A DNA stretch of 64,000 nucleotides from contig CAVZZO010000001.1 of the NCBI GenBank assembly GCA_963779755.1, positions 512,001 through 576,000 of the forward strand, given 5' to 3'. Positions 1-9,875 of this stretch are shown here, piece after piece. Position 1 is the stretch's first letter. Each line of letters opens with the position of its first letter. The notes beneath the pieces are model-generated. The model saw nothing but the letters and a program-made list of their open reading frames with translations. It did no database searches and was not told the origin of the DNA. This stretch comes from an uncultured Gemmatimonadales bacterium (lineage in GTDB: Bacteria; Gemmatimonadota; Gemmatimonadetes; Gemmatimonadales; GWC2-71-9). Both the position numbers and the translations under genes were made by a program.

Positions 1-633
1 GCGAAGGACGCGATCCGCGCCGGCGCGAAGGTCCTGGTGCACAGCGTCTTTTCCCAGCAGGTGGATGACGAGTTCATCCAGCTGGCCCGCGAGCACCATG
101 TGATCTACATCCCCACCCTGACGGTAGTGGAAGGTTATCCCAACATGTTCCTGGGTCTTCCGGCGGATTCCCTGCCGTATCCCGCGGGCTGCGTGGACTC
201 GCTTACCCGGGCCAAGCTGGCGAAAGGACTCCCCGATTCTCTGCGTCCAGTCTGGGCCCGGGGCCCGACGGCACACGCCCCGCCCAATCCCTCACTCCAG
301 AACGGCCTCGCCAACCTGAAGCGGGTACAGGATGCAGGGATTACCGTGGCCATGGGTACCGATGCGGGGAATCCCGGTACGCTGCACGGGCCGTCGGTCT
401 ATCGGGAAATGGACCTGATGCAGCAGGCCGGCCTCACCCCGATGCAGGTGCTGGTGGATGCCACCCGGAACGGGGCCGCAGCGATGGGGCGGGGCAGCGA
501 TTTTGGAACCCTGGAGCTCGGCAAGGCCGGCGACCTCGTGATTCTGGATGCGGATCCGCTTCGGGATATTGCCAACCTCCGGCGGGTGGACCGCGTGATC
601 AAAGGCGGTGTCGTGGTCTGGCCGCCACACTGA
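1..633 (+). CDS. Amidohydrolase family protein (5'-partial; frame open from window start)
   Basis: Frame 1 is open from base 1. Contains MGTDAG, G-T-L-E-x-G-K-x-G-D-L-V-I-L-D-x-D-P-L and VIKGG, typical of the amidohydrolase C-terminus. Confidence 0.85.
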   Translation, partial: AKDAIRAGAKVLVHSVFSQQVDDEFIQLAREHHVIYIPTLTVVEGYPNMFLGLPADSLPYPAGCVDSLTRAKLAKGLPDSLRPVWARGPTAHAPPNPSLQNGLANLKRVQDAGITVAMGTDAGNPGTLHGPSVYREMDLMQQAGLTPMQVLVDATRNGAAAMGRGSDFGTLELGKAGDLVILDADPLRDIANLRRVDRVIKGGVVVWPPH

Positions 634-730
634 TGGCCGCGAGGGGCAGGCCACCGGGAGCCCGCCACGGGGAAGCGTCCGGCTGGCCCTCCTTGTCGCC
701 GCGGCGCCACCCCGTCTGATTTCACGGTCG

Positions 731-2965
731 ATGCCGGATCCCACCCCCCCTCTCGCCGCCGGCCTGTCCGGCCGCTACCGACTCGAGCGCGAGCTCGGCG
801 CGGGGGGGATGGCCACGGTCTATCTGGCTCTGGAGTCCAAACACGAGCGCCAGGTCGCCATCAAGGTGCTCAAATCGCAGGTGGCTGCCTCCCTGGGAAA
901 GGAGCGGTTCCTGCGCGAGATCGGCATCGCCGCGCGGCTGGCGCATCCCCATATCGTCCCCTTGATCGACTCGGGGGAGGCGGGCGGTACCCTCTACTAC
1001 GTGTCTCCCTTCGTCACCGGCGGCTCGCTGCGGGACCGGCTGAACCGGGACTGCCGGCTGCCGGTGCGCGACGCCCTGCGCATCGTGCAGGAGGTGGGGT
1101 CCGCGCTGGACTACGCCCACCGCAGCGGGTTCGTACACCGGGACGTGAAACCGGAGAATATCCTCTTCGCCGAAGGGCTGGCCCTGCTGGCCGACTTCGG
1201 CGTGGCCACCGTGGGCGACACGTGCGACCCGGACCGGATCACCGAATCCGGCGTCGTCGTCGGTACCCCCGAATACATGAGCCCGGAGCAGGCCAGCGGC
1301 GAGTCCACGCTGGAAGGCACCAGCGACCTGTACAGCCTGGCCTGCGTGCTGTATGAGATGCTGGCCGGCGAGCCGCCGCTGCGGGGGCCATCCTACCGCG
1401 CAACGATGGCCAAGCAGGTCACCGAAACGCCCCCGCCCGTCCGGACCCGGCGGCCCGAGGTGCCGCCGGCGGTGGAAGAGGCGCTGGAGGCGGCGCTCAG
1501 GAAAGACCCGGCGCAGCGGTTTCCGACGGTTGCCGCCTTTCTCCAGGCCCTGCAGCAGCCTGAGGCGGCATCGGCCGCCCCGCGTATCGGCCTGCGGTCC
1601 ATCGCGGTCCTGCCCTTCGTCAATGCCAGCCCCGATCCGGAGAACGAGTACCTCAGCGACGGGCTGACCGAGGAGCTGATCAACGCGCTCGCCCAGATCG
1701 AGGGGTTGCGGGTGGCGTCGCGCACCTCGGTGTTCGCGTTGAAGGGCACCACGCGCGATGCTCGGGCCATCGGGGCGCTGCTGGATGTCTCCGAAATACT
1801 GGAGGGGACCGTCCGCCGGTCGGGCGACCGCCTGCGTATCGGGGTGCAGCTCACCTCGGCGGCGGACGGGCGGGTGCTCTGGTCGGAGCGGTTCGACCGC
1901 AAGCTGGAGGATGTCTTCGTGATCGAAGACGAGATCGCCCGGACCATCGTGACCACGTTGCGGGCCACCTCGTTCGCCGATCTGGCGGAGCCGGCGCCGC
2001 GCCGGTACACCGCGAACCTGGCGGCGTACAGCCTCTATCTCAAAGGCCGCTACGCCTGGAACAAGCGCAGCAACGAGGGCGTCACCGAGGCGATCGCCTG
2101 TTTCGAACAGACCATTGCCATGGATCCGGGTTATGCCCTGGCCTATACCGGCCTGGCGGACGCCTACGCCCTGCACGTGGACTACCGCAACGTCCCGGTG
2201 CACGAGGGTTTTGCCCGCGCCAAGGAATACGCCCGCAAGGCGCTGGAGCTGGATGACAGCCTGGCGGAGGGGCACGCCTCCCTGGCCTGGAGCCTGTTCA
2301 TCTACGACTGGGACTGGGCCGCGGCCGGGCGTGAGTTCCGGCGCGCCATTGAGCTGGCGCCTACCTATGCCACCGGCCACCAGTGGTACGCCATGCTGCT
2401 CAACTCGCAGGGTCGCACCGACGAGGCGCTGGTGGAGGGGCATACCGCCCTGGAGCTGGACCCGGCGTCGGTATCGGTGCGCCGGACGGTGGGCTGGCTG
2501 TACTACTACGGGCGCCGCTATACCCAGGCGCGCTACCACCTGGCGCGGGCGATCGCCATGAATCCGCTGGCGGAGGAGAGCTATCGGGTGATGGGACTGG
2601 TGCTGTCGCAGGAGGGCGAGCATGCCGAGGCCGTGCGGGTGCTGCGGGAAGCCTCCGCCATGGCCGATGCGGGAGCCTATACCCGGGCCAATCTGGGCTA
2701 TGTCCTCGGCCGGAGTGGGGCGCAGGAGGAGGCCGAGGCGGTGTTGCGGGAGGTAAGGACCCTGGCGGAACGGGATTACGTCTCGCCCGTCGCCTTTGTC
2801 CTGCTCCACCTCGGCCTGGGCCATCCGGACGAGGCGCTGCACTGGGCCGGGCGGGCGCTGGAGGAGCGGCGCGGGTGGATGGCCTACCTCCGGGTCAATC
2901 CGGTGGTGGATGCGCTGCGCGGATTGCCCGGGTTCGAGCAGCTGCTCCGCAAGGTGCGGCTGTGA
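731..2965 (+). CDS. Ser/Thr protein kinase with TolB-N-like domain and TPR repeats
   Basis: GAGGMATVY, VAIKVL, HRDVKPEN, ADFG and GTPEYMSPEQ, then SIAVLPFVN...YLSDGLTEELI and helical TPR repeats. Start set at ATG 731 by comparison with the two paralogous kinases. Confidence 0.92.
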   Translation: MPDPTPPLAAGLSGRYRLERELGAGGMATVYLALESKHERQVAIKVLKSQVAASLGKERFLREIGIAARLAHPHIVPLIDSGEAGGTLYYVSPFVTGGSLRDRLNRDCRLPVRDALRIVQEVGSALDYAHRSGFVHRDVKPENILFAEGLALLADFGVATVGDTCDPDRITESGVVVGTPEYMSPEQASGESTLEGTSDLYSLACVLYEMLAGEPPLRGPSYRATMAKQVTETPPPVRTRRPEVPPAVEEALEAALRKDPAQRFPTVAAFLQALQQPEAASAAPRIGLRSIAVLPFVNASPDPENEYLSDGLTEELINALAQIEGLRVASRTSVFALKGTTRDARAIGALLDVSEILEGTVRRSGDRLRIGVQLTSAADGRVLWSERFDRKLEDVFVIEDEIARTIVTTLRATSFADLAEPAPRRYTANLAAYSLYLKGRYAWNKRSNEGVTEAIACFEQTIAMDPGYALAYTGLADAYALHVDYRNVPVHEGFARAKEYARKALELDDSLAEGHASLAWSLFIYDWDWAAAGREFRRAIELAPTYATGHQWYAMLLNSQGRTDEALVEGHTALELDPASVSVRRTVGWLYYYGRRYTQARYHLARAIAMNPLAEESYRVMGLVLSQEGEHAEAVRVLREASAMADAGAYTRANLGYVLGRSGAQEEAEAVLREVRTLAERDYVSPVAFVLLHLGLGHPDEALHWAGRALEERRGWMAYLRVNPVVDALRGLPGFEQLLRKVRL

Positions 2966-4311
2966 AGAGCGGGCTCAATCGCCGTCGCTTTCTGCAATCT
3001 GGCACCGCCGCTGCAGGCGCTCTCGCTTTGATGTGGCGGCCGGTCGCCCCGTTCCTGCATGCGTCTCCCCCCGACCCCCGCCTCGACTGGTGGCGCGAGG
3101 CCCGGTTCGGGATATTCATCCACTGGGGCCTGTATTCCGTCCTGGCCGGCGAATGGGGCGGCCGGACCGATTACGCCGAGTGGATCCGGAACAACGCCCA
3201 CATTCCTCTGAAGGAGTACGACAAGCTCGTCGGCCGGTTCAATCCCGTCAGGTTCGATGCGGATCGGTGGATCGCTGCCGCCAAGGATGCCGGGGCCCAC
3301 TACGTCACCATCACCACCAAGCATCACGACGGCTTCTGCCTGTTCGATTCCCGGCAGACCGATTTCTGCATCCGCTCCACCCCGTTCCGGCGCGACATCA
3401 TGCGGGAGATCGCCGGCGCCTGCCGCCGGCAGGGGCTCATATCCTGCTGGTATCACTCCATCATGGACTGGCACCATCCCGACTACCTGCCAAGGCGCGA
3501 TTGGGAGGCGGAGACCCGGCCGGTGGACGGAGCGCGCTTCAGCCGGTATGTGGAATATCTCCACCGGCAGGTGGCCGAGTTGCTCCGGAGCTACGGCGAG
3601 ATCGGGGTTATGTGGTTCGACGGAAACTGGGAGGGCACCTGGACCCACGAAATGGGACTGGCGCTCTATCGTCACTGCCGCTCGCTGCAACCGGCCGTCA
3701 TCGTGAACAACCGGATCGAGGGCTGGTCGCCGATGCCGGTCACGGACAAGCTGGGCGATTTCGGCACGCCGGAGCAGCGGATTCCGGATATGGGGCTGCC
3801 GGGGGTGGACTGGGAATCCTGCATCACCATGAACGACAACTGGGGCTACAATCGGAACGATCATCACTTCAAGCCGGTGCCCCAGCTGATCGGGCTGCTG
3901 GTGGAGACCGCGTCGAAGGGTGGCAATCTGCTGCTCAACGTGGGGCCCAGGCCGGACGGGACGTTCCCGGAAGAGAGCGTCGAGGGGCTCAAGGGCATCG
4001 GCCGCTGGATGGCGGTGAACGGCGAGGCGATCTACGGCACCACGGCCTCGGTTTTCAAGGACGCGCCGTTCCGGTCCACCACCAAAGGGAACCACCTCTA
4101 TCTCTTTCTGGAGAAATGGCCGGAAGGCTCCCTGCTGCTGCCGGGACTGCGGACGCCGGTCCGCCAGGCGCGGCTCCTGGGGGATTCAGGGCGGCCGATC
4201 GCTGCGGCAGCGGCGGATAGCGGCGTGCACCTGACCCTGGCGGGTGCCGATCCCGAAGCGATCTGGCCGGTGGTGGCATTGGAGTTGGAGGGTGAGCCGC
4301 GTTTCTTCTGA
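2962..4311 (+). CDS. Alpha-L-fucosidase (GH29), Tat-exported
   Basis: GTG overlaps the kinase stop (GTGA). Tat motif NRRRFLQ. GH29 motifs RFGIFIHWG, KHHDGF, WFDG and WESCITMNDNWGY. Confidence 0.9.
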   Translation: MKSGLNRRRFLQSGTAAAGALALMWRPVAPFLHASPPDPRLDWWREARFGIFIHWGLYSVLAGEWGGRTDYAEWIRNNAHIPLKEYDKLVGRFNPVRFDADRWIAAAKDAGAHYVTITTKHHDGFCLFDSRQTDFCIRSTPFRRDIMREIAGACRRQGLISCWYHSIMDWHHPDYLPRRDWEAETRPVDGARFSRYVEYLHRQVAELLRSYGEIGVMWFDGNWEGTWTHEMGLALYRHCRSLQPAVIVNNRIEGWSPMPVTDKLGDFGTPEQRIPDMGLPGVDWESCITMNDNWGYNRNDHHFKPVPQLIGLLVETASKGGNLLLNVGPRPDGTFPEESVEGLKGIGRWMAVNGEAIYGTTASVFKDAPFRSTTKGNHLYLFLEKWPEGSLLLPGLRTPVRQARLLGDSGRPIAAAAADSGVHLTLAGADPEAIWPVVALELEGEPRFF

Positions 4312-4369
4312 GGCTCACACGATTCCGGAACCGCCGCGAACCGGGTCGCCCGCTGCAGCCCAGCCGGAA

Positions 4370-7300
4370 TTACCGGAAGGCCGCACCCGCCCAGGTCCTC
4401 CGGGTTGGCGAAATGGTTCCCGCCGATTCGAAGGGGCCGCAGGCATCGTCGCTCACCTCGGCGCTGCCGAGGGCCAGAGTCGCCGCGTCGCGGTAGGCCA
4501 CCTGGCAGCCGGTGATCCGGGCGTAGGAGCCGCTGCTGTCGAAGCCGCCGGCGGTAACCACCAGCTCGGTGTGGATCTCCTGGAGGCCCTCGCCGGCGAC
4601 CAGCTCCCCGCCCGCCTCCGACAGCCCCAGCCAGAACATCTGCGACGGGAAACTGCCGAGCTGGTGGGGCGTGGGACTGGCCGTGCGGACCTCCCAGAGG
4701 GTGCCGCCGGTGGAGCGCATGTCCTGGGTGTAGCTCTTGCACAGGGCGCGCGGGTCGGTGGTGCCGGGGATGGTGTCGGTAAAGGGGCAGGGGAGCCAGG
4801 GGCCGGTGGTGGCGGCCGTGGTCGTCATCCGGTTCACCGCGACCACCACCCGACCGCCCCGGGGGTCGAAGGCCGGCCGGGCCGAGGCGACATCGCTCGC
4901 GGTGGTGAGGGCTGCGGTACACTCATAGGGGGTCACGGTGGACTGGCCGTTGATCACCGTGTCGCGGCGCTCCTGGCGGAAACAGTCGGAGCCCGAGCCG
5001 GGATTGACGGACACGGGCAGGCTGGTGAGGGAGGTCCAGCCCGGGTGGTAGAGGGAGTAGAGCTGGATATCGAAGCTGGTGGTGCTCCCGGCGGTGCTGC
5101 CCAGCACCCGCGGTGCTGCCCAGCACCCGCACGGCGCTGTCGTTGTCGTGCGAAACGAAGAGCGAGCTGAGATAGGTGCCGCCCCAGAGCGTATCGGGCA
5201 GGGTGAAGGGCGGCCCTTCCTGCCAGGATCGGGAGCCCGCGTCGTAGAGGAACTCCCGATCGAAGTTCTGCGCGCCCACCAGGTCTATCCGGCGGCCGCC
5301 ATGCCGCACGTTCACCAGGCCCGCGGCCTCGCCCAGATCGGCCAGCACTTCCACTCCGGTGCCGCGCCGGGCCAGGAGCTGGCCATGGGCGGTCCAGACG
5401 TGGGTGCCGCAGAGCGGGGTCCCGGGCCGCTCCCGGGAGAGCAGCGAGAGGGCGCCATAGGCGTCGAGCTGGTAGATGGATTCACTGCTGGGGAAGCCCG
5501 GCACCGGCTGGGCCGGCTCCACCTCTCCGGTGGTGGGGTTGAATTTCGGTTCCCGGGCGCCGCGGACGATGTAGTCCTTCACCTGGGCAGCGGTGAGTGT
5601 TGGATCCATGGCCCAGAGCAATGCGGCCACACCGGAGACGAACGGAGCGGCCAGGGAGGTGCCGTTGTCGGCTAGCACCCCTCCACCCGGAATGAGGCTC
5701 CCACGGCCTCGGCGGGAGCAGCTATGGCGGTGGCGCCCAGGAACAGGTTGGAATTGGCCCATTTCTGTCCCTGCATATTCGTGCCGGCCACGAACATGAT
5801 CTGATCCCGGAAGCGGGCGATCTCCGGCGGGGCGCCACTCTGGAAGGGAGTGATCAGAGCCTGCAGAAGGCCGAGGTTATCACCTCGTGCGGCGAGGATC
5901 TCGTCTATAGTGAAATCGCGTCCATTATTGTCCACGGATTGCACGATCAGGTTCCCCGCGGCGAGGTAGTCGTATAGGGCCTTCTTCATACGCTCCAACT
6001 CCTCGGGATCCGTACTCCCGACTGCCGCAGAGCTCTGGAGTACCCGTATGCCTCTGGCTGCTGCCGTGGGGAAGAGCTCGAGCACGAGATATCCCGTCAG
6101 ATCTTCTGGGATACTATCCCCAAGACCGTAAGCAAGCAGTTGGAGATTTGCTCCCCAAATCATTCCCGCTATCCCTTCCCCGTTGTTCCCATCGGCAGCC
6201 AATATCGAAGCCACCTGGGTTCCGTGCCGGAGACCTACCTCCGTCCTGTAGTAGCTGGGTGCGAACATGAGAGGTATCGAGCTGGGTCCAGACAGCGTGG
6301 CCGAGGAAAGGTCCTTCGACGGGTCGAAATGGAAATCAATTACGCCGATTCCAACCCGCCCACTAGTGTACGTGCCGGTTTCACAACCCCAGGCAAGCGG
6401 CGCACGGATTGCCAAGCGTGGGCGAGTCACATCCGTGGGTGTTACCCAGTCGCTACGTTGTGCGCCAATTCCGTCCACCGGGTGTTGGCTGTGGAACGTG
6501 ATTCCGCTGCGACGATGTACTGGGGCAGCGTAGTCGACACCGGATTCATCGTCATTCAAACGCCGCTTCAGCGCCTCATACGCTTCCCAACTGGCACCGG
6601 GATCCGGAACACGGACGAAGTATTCCTGCTGCGCTGGCCCCCCGCTGATAATCTCGGCACCATATCGCTGAAAGAGACTGCGGATTGTTCTTCCACTGGT
6701 GGTATCGTCGAACCGGATGACGAAAATATTCCGGTAGAAGACGTTCATTGTGTCCCCCGGCGGAGCAATGACAATCGTCGTATCCCGGGGGAAGATCCCG
6801 AGCGGTGGCACCGCCGGCCGGCTGGTATCCGCATCCGAGGCTTCGGCGTAGAGCACCAGCTGGAATCGCAGCACCCCCGAATGCACCGCCAACTCCACCC
6901 AGCGGATCTGCGACGTGTCCCCGGCCGCCAGCTCGTCCTGGGGCGGCTGGACCGCGAGCAGGGTGTCGTAGCGCCACAATACCGCACCCGGGAGGTGCGG
7001 AGCATCGGCCGCGAGCGCGGAGTCCGGATTCAGGAAGTTGAGGTAATCCGCGGTCCACTGGTTCTGGGCCAGGCCGGGCGCTTCCAGCACGGTCAAGCTG
7101 TCTTCCCAGCCATAAAGCCGGGCGGGCGCACGGAAGGGCTGCGCGGTCTGGTTGGCCAGGGCCAGGGGGAGGCGCACCCGGTCGGCCGGGCCGTCATACA
7201 CCGGGGCGCCGGCCAGGACCGGCCGCACGCCGCCGCAGGCGCCGCCCGAGGCGGTCACGAAGGCGCTGTCGTCGTCCACGGTGATGGTCTCCCTGCCCCG

Positions 7301-7471
7301 GACCTCCACCTGGAAGCGGGCACAGCCTTGCTGCGCGACGGGATAGATTGGGCCGAGCGGTTTCTGGAGGGCAGGGGCTAACGGGGTCCCCCGGCAGGCG
7401 AGCAGGGAGCCAAGCAGCAGGAGCACGCGGGCCTCACGAGGGGGGACAGGCACCCAGCGCGTTGGTGGCAC
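4370..7471 (-). pseudogene. S8 subtilisin-like lipoprotein, array copy A (two frameshifts)
   Basis: Collinear with intact copy C. One G is missing at about 5696 (GAGGCT vs GAGGGCT), giving a stop at 5672, and there is a 19-bp tandem duplication at 5091-5128. Lipobox LLAC; triad motifs VIDF, HGTQVA and GTSLAAP. Confidence 0.85.
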
Positions 7472-7531
7472 AGGACGTATCCGGAAGAGAAGTGGCCAGC
7501 GGTGATCACGGGGGACGGCCCTACCGGGGAT

Positions 7532-7559
7532 AGCCTACCGCTGGGAACGCGGTTGTCAA
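7532..7559 (-). promoter_or_regulatory. Sigma70-type promoter TTGACA-N16-TAGGCT for S8 copy A
   Basis: Perfect -35 box and TAnnnT -10 box, conserved at the same position upstream of all four copies. Confidence 0.7.
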
Positions 7560-7564
7560 GATCG

Positions 7565-7669
7565 GGTGAGCGGTCAGCGGTGAGCGGTGAGCGGTCAGCG
7601 GTGAGCGGTGAGCGGTCAGCGGTGAGCGGTGAGCGGTCAGCGGTGAGCGGTGAGCGGTCAGGGGTGAGC
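7565..7669. repeat. Heptamer VNTR (GGTGAGC/GGTCAGC) x15
   Basis: Counted directly; shows a 21-bp higher-order pattern. Confidence 0.95.
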
Positions 7670-7824
7670 GCGGGTCTCCTCTCGACCTATCGAGTGGCTG
7701 GGTCTCCGTCTTGAGGCTTGAAGCCCTCCAAGCGCCGCCGGCGCATCGATGGACAGGCTGAAGCCTGCCCTCGGCCTAACGATCCCTGAAGGGATGCCGG
7801 CAGGCGGGCGACGTCGCAGGCGCG
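7670..7824. repeat. Hairpin-rich inter-gene element of the S8 array, copy 1 (truncated by the copy B deletion)
   Basis: Near-identical to 9672-9826 and 13126-13280. Confidence 0.9.
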
Positions 7825-9487
7825 TCCCGGAAGCGGGCGATCTCCGCCGGGGCGCCGCTCTGGAAGGGAGTGATCAGAGTCTGCAGAAGCCCGAGGTTAT
7901 CACCTCGTGCGGCGAGGATCTCGTCTATAGTGAAATTGCGACCATTATTGTCCACGGATTGGACAAAGAGGTTGCCGGCAGCAAGGTACTGGTACAGCGC
8001 GTCCTTTATGCGCTGTAATTCGTACGGATACGTGCTCCCGATCGCGGCAGAACTGTGAAGTACGCGAACGCCTGCTGCCTGGGCACCTGGGAAGAGGTTG
8101 TTGGCCAGATAAGCGGTAATGTTGAGCGGAACGTCGCCACCTAGGCCATAGGCCAAGAGTTGGAGATCCGCCTTCCAGATCATCCCCGAAATGCCCTCGT
8201 GATTGTTTCCGTCTGCTGCCACGATCGAAGCCACCTGGGTTCCGTGTCGAAGGCCAACGGCAGTCGTAAAGTATGAAGGGGCTGGTGTCAAAGGTACGGA
8301 AGTGGGCTCCAGTAGGGTGGCAGAGGAGAAGTCTTTGGAGAGGTCGAAGTGGAAGTCGATTACTCCTACTTTGACTCGATTCGGGGTGTTGGTGCCCGTT
8401 TCGCAGCCCCAGGCGAGCGGGGCACGGATGGCCAAACGAGAGCGAGTGAAGTCGGTGGCTGTTGCCCAGTCTTGACGTTGTGCGCCAGGTCCGTCAAGCG
8501 GATATCGAGTGTGGAACGTGATTCCACTCCGATAGCTCATTGGGGCCGCATATCGTATCCCAGGTTCCATCTCATTGAGTTGCCGCATCAATCCGTCATA
8601 TGCTTCCCAACTGGAGCCCGGATCCGGGATCCGCACGATGTATTCTCTCGCATTTGACAGACCGCCGATAATCTCCGCTTGATAACGCTGAAAAAGACTG
8701 CGGATAGTGCTCCCGCTCGTAGAATCATCGAAGCGGATCCCAATGATGTTCCGGAAGAAGACATTCATCGTGTCACCAGGAGGTGCTGTGACTATCGTTG
8801 AGTCATATGGAAAGAACGCGCTGGGCGGAATCGCCGGCCTAGTGGTATCCGCATCCGAGGCTTCGGCGTAGAGCACCAGCTGGAACTTCAGCACCCCCGA
8901 GTGCACGGCCACCTCCACCCAGCGTACCTGTGACGTTGCGCCGCCAGCCAGCTCGTCTTTCGGCGGCTGTGCCGCCAGTAGCGTGTCATAGCGCCACAGC
9001 ACCGCGCCCGGCAGGCGCGGATCGGCGGCATCGAGCGCCGAGTCCGGATGCAGGAAGTTCAGGTAATCCGCGGTCCACTGGTTCTGGGCCAGGCCGGGCG
9101 CTTCCAGCACGGTCAGGCTGTCCTCCCAGCCGTAGAGCCGGGCGCACGGAAGGGCTGCGCGGTCTGATTGGCCAGGGCCAGGGGGAGGCGCACCCGGTCG
9201 GCCGGGCCATCATACACCGGGGAGCCAGCCAAGACCGGCCGCACGCCGCCGCAGGCAGCGCCCGATGCCGTCACGAAGGCGTTGTCGTCGTCTATGGTGA
9301 TGGTCTCCTTGCCCCGGACCTCGACCTCGAACCGGGCACAGCCCTGCTGGGCCACCGGATACACCGGGCCCAGGGGCTTCTGGGAGACCGGAGCCAGCGG
9401 AGTCCCCCGGCAGGCGAGGAGGGAGCAGAGGAGCAGAAGCATGGAGGTCTCACGAGAGGGGACGGGCAGCCGGCGCGTGGGCGGCAC
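7776..9487 (-). pseudogene. S8 subtilisin-like lipoprotein, array copy B (frameshift and 3' truncation)
   Basis: One GGGC unit is lost at about 9140. Homology stops at 7825 after EIARFRD, so the catalytic Ser and C-terminal domain are missing (about 1.46 kb deleted relative to copy C). Asp and His motifs are retained. Confidence 0.88.
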
Positions 9488-9547
9488 AGGACGTCTCCGG
9501 AAGAGAGGTCGCCGGTTGCAGATCAGGAGGACTGCCCTACCGGGGAT

Positions 9548-9575
9548 AGCCTACCGCTGGGAACGCGGTTGTCAA
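9548..9575 (-). promoter_or_regulatory. Sigma70-type promoter TTGACA-N16-TAGGCT for S8 copy B
   Basis: Same motif and spacing as the other copies. Confidence 0.7.
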
Positions 9576-9580
9576 GATCG

Positions 9581-9671
9581 GGTGAGCGGTCAGCGGTGAG
9601 CGGTGAGCGGTGAGCGGTCAGCGGTGAGCGGTGAGCGGTCAGCGGTGAGCGGTGAGCGGTCAGGGGTGAGC
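9581..9671. repeat. Heptamer VNTR (GGTGAGC/GGTCAGC) x13
   Basis: Counted directly. Confidence 0.95.
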
Positions 9672-9875
9672 GCGGGTCTCCTCTCGACCTATCGAGTGGC
9701 TGGGTCTCCGTCTCGAGGCTTGAAGCCCTCCAAGCGCCGCCGGCGGATCGGTGGACAGGCTGAAGCCTGCCCTCGGCCCGACGATCCCTGAAGGGATGCC
9801 GGCAGGCGGGCGACGTCGCAGGCGCGCCCACGGGTCGCCGCCGGAGTATGACCCCTGGAGCGGGAGGCGCGGGGG
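9672..9875. repeat. Hairpin-rich inter-gene element of the S8 array, copy 2
   Basis: Near-identical to 13126-13329. Contains GGCTTGAAGCC, CAGGCTGAAGCCTG and ATCCCTGAAGGGAT palindromes. Confidence 0.9.

Noticed and set aside
5091..5700. Compensating frameshifts in copy A (-1 and +19 give net +18)
   Set aside because: A stop codon at 5672-5674 follows the first shift, so the frame is not rescued.
7502..7714. Small ORFs with SGERSAV repeats (also 9603-9791 and 12994-13245)
   Set aside because: Translations of the heptamer VNTR; no RBS or coding evidence.
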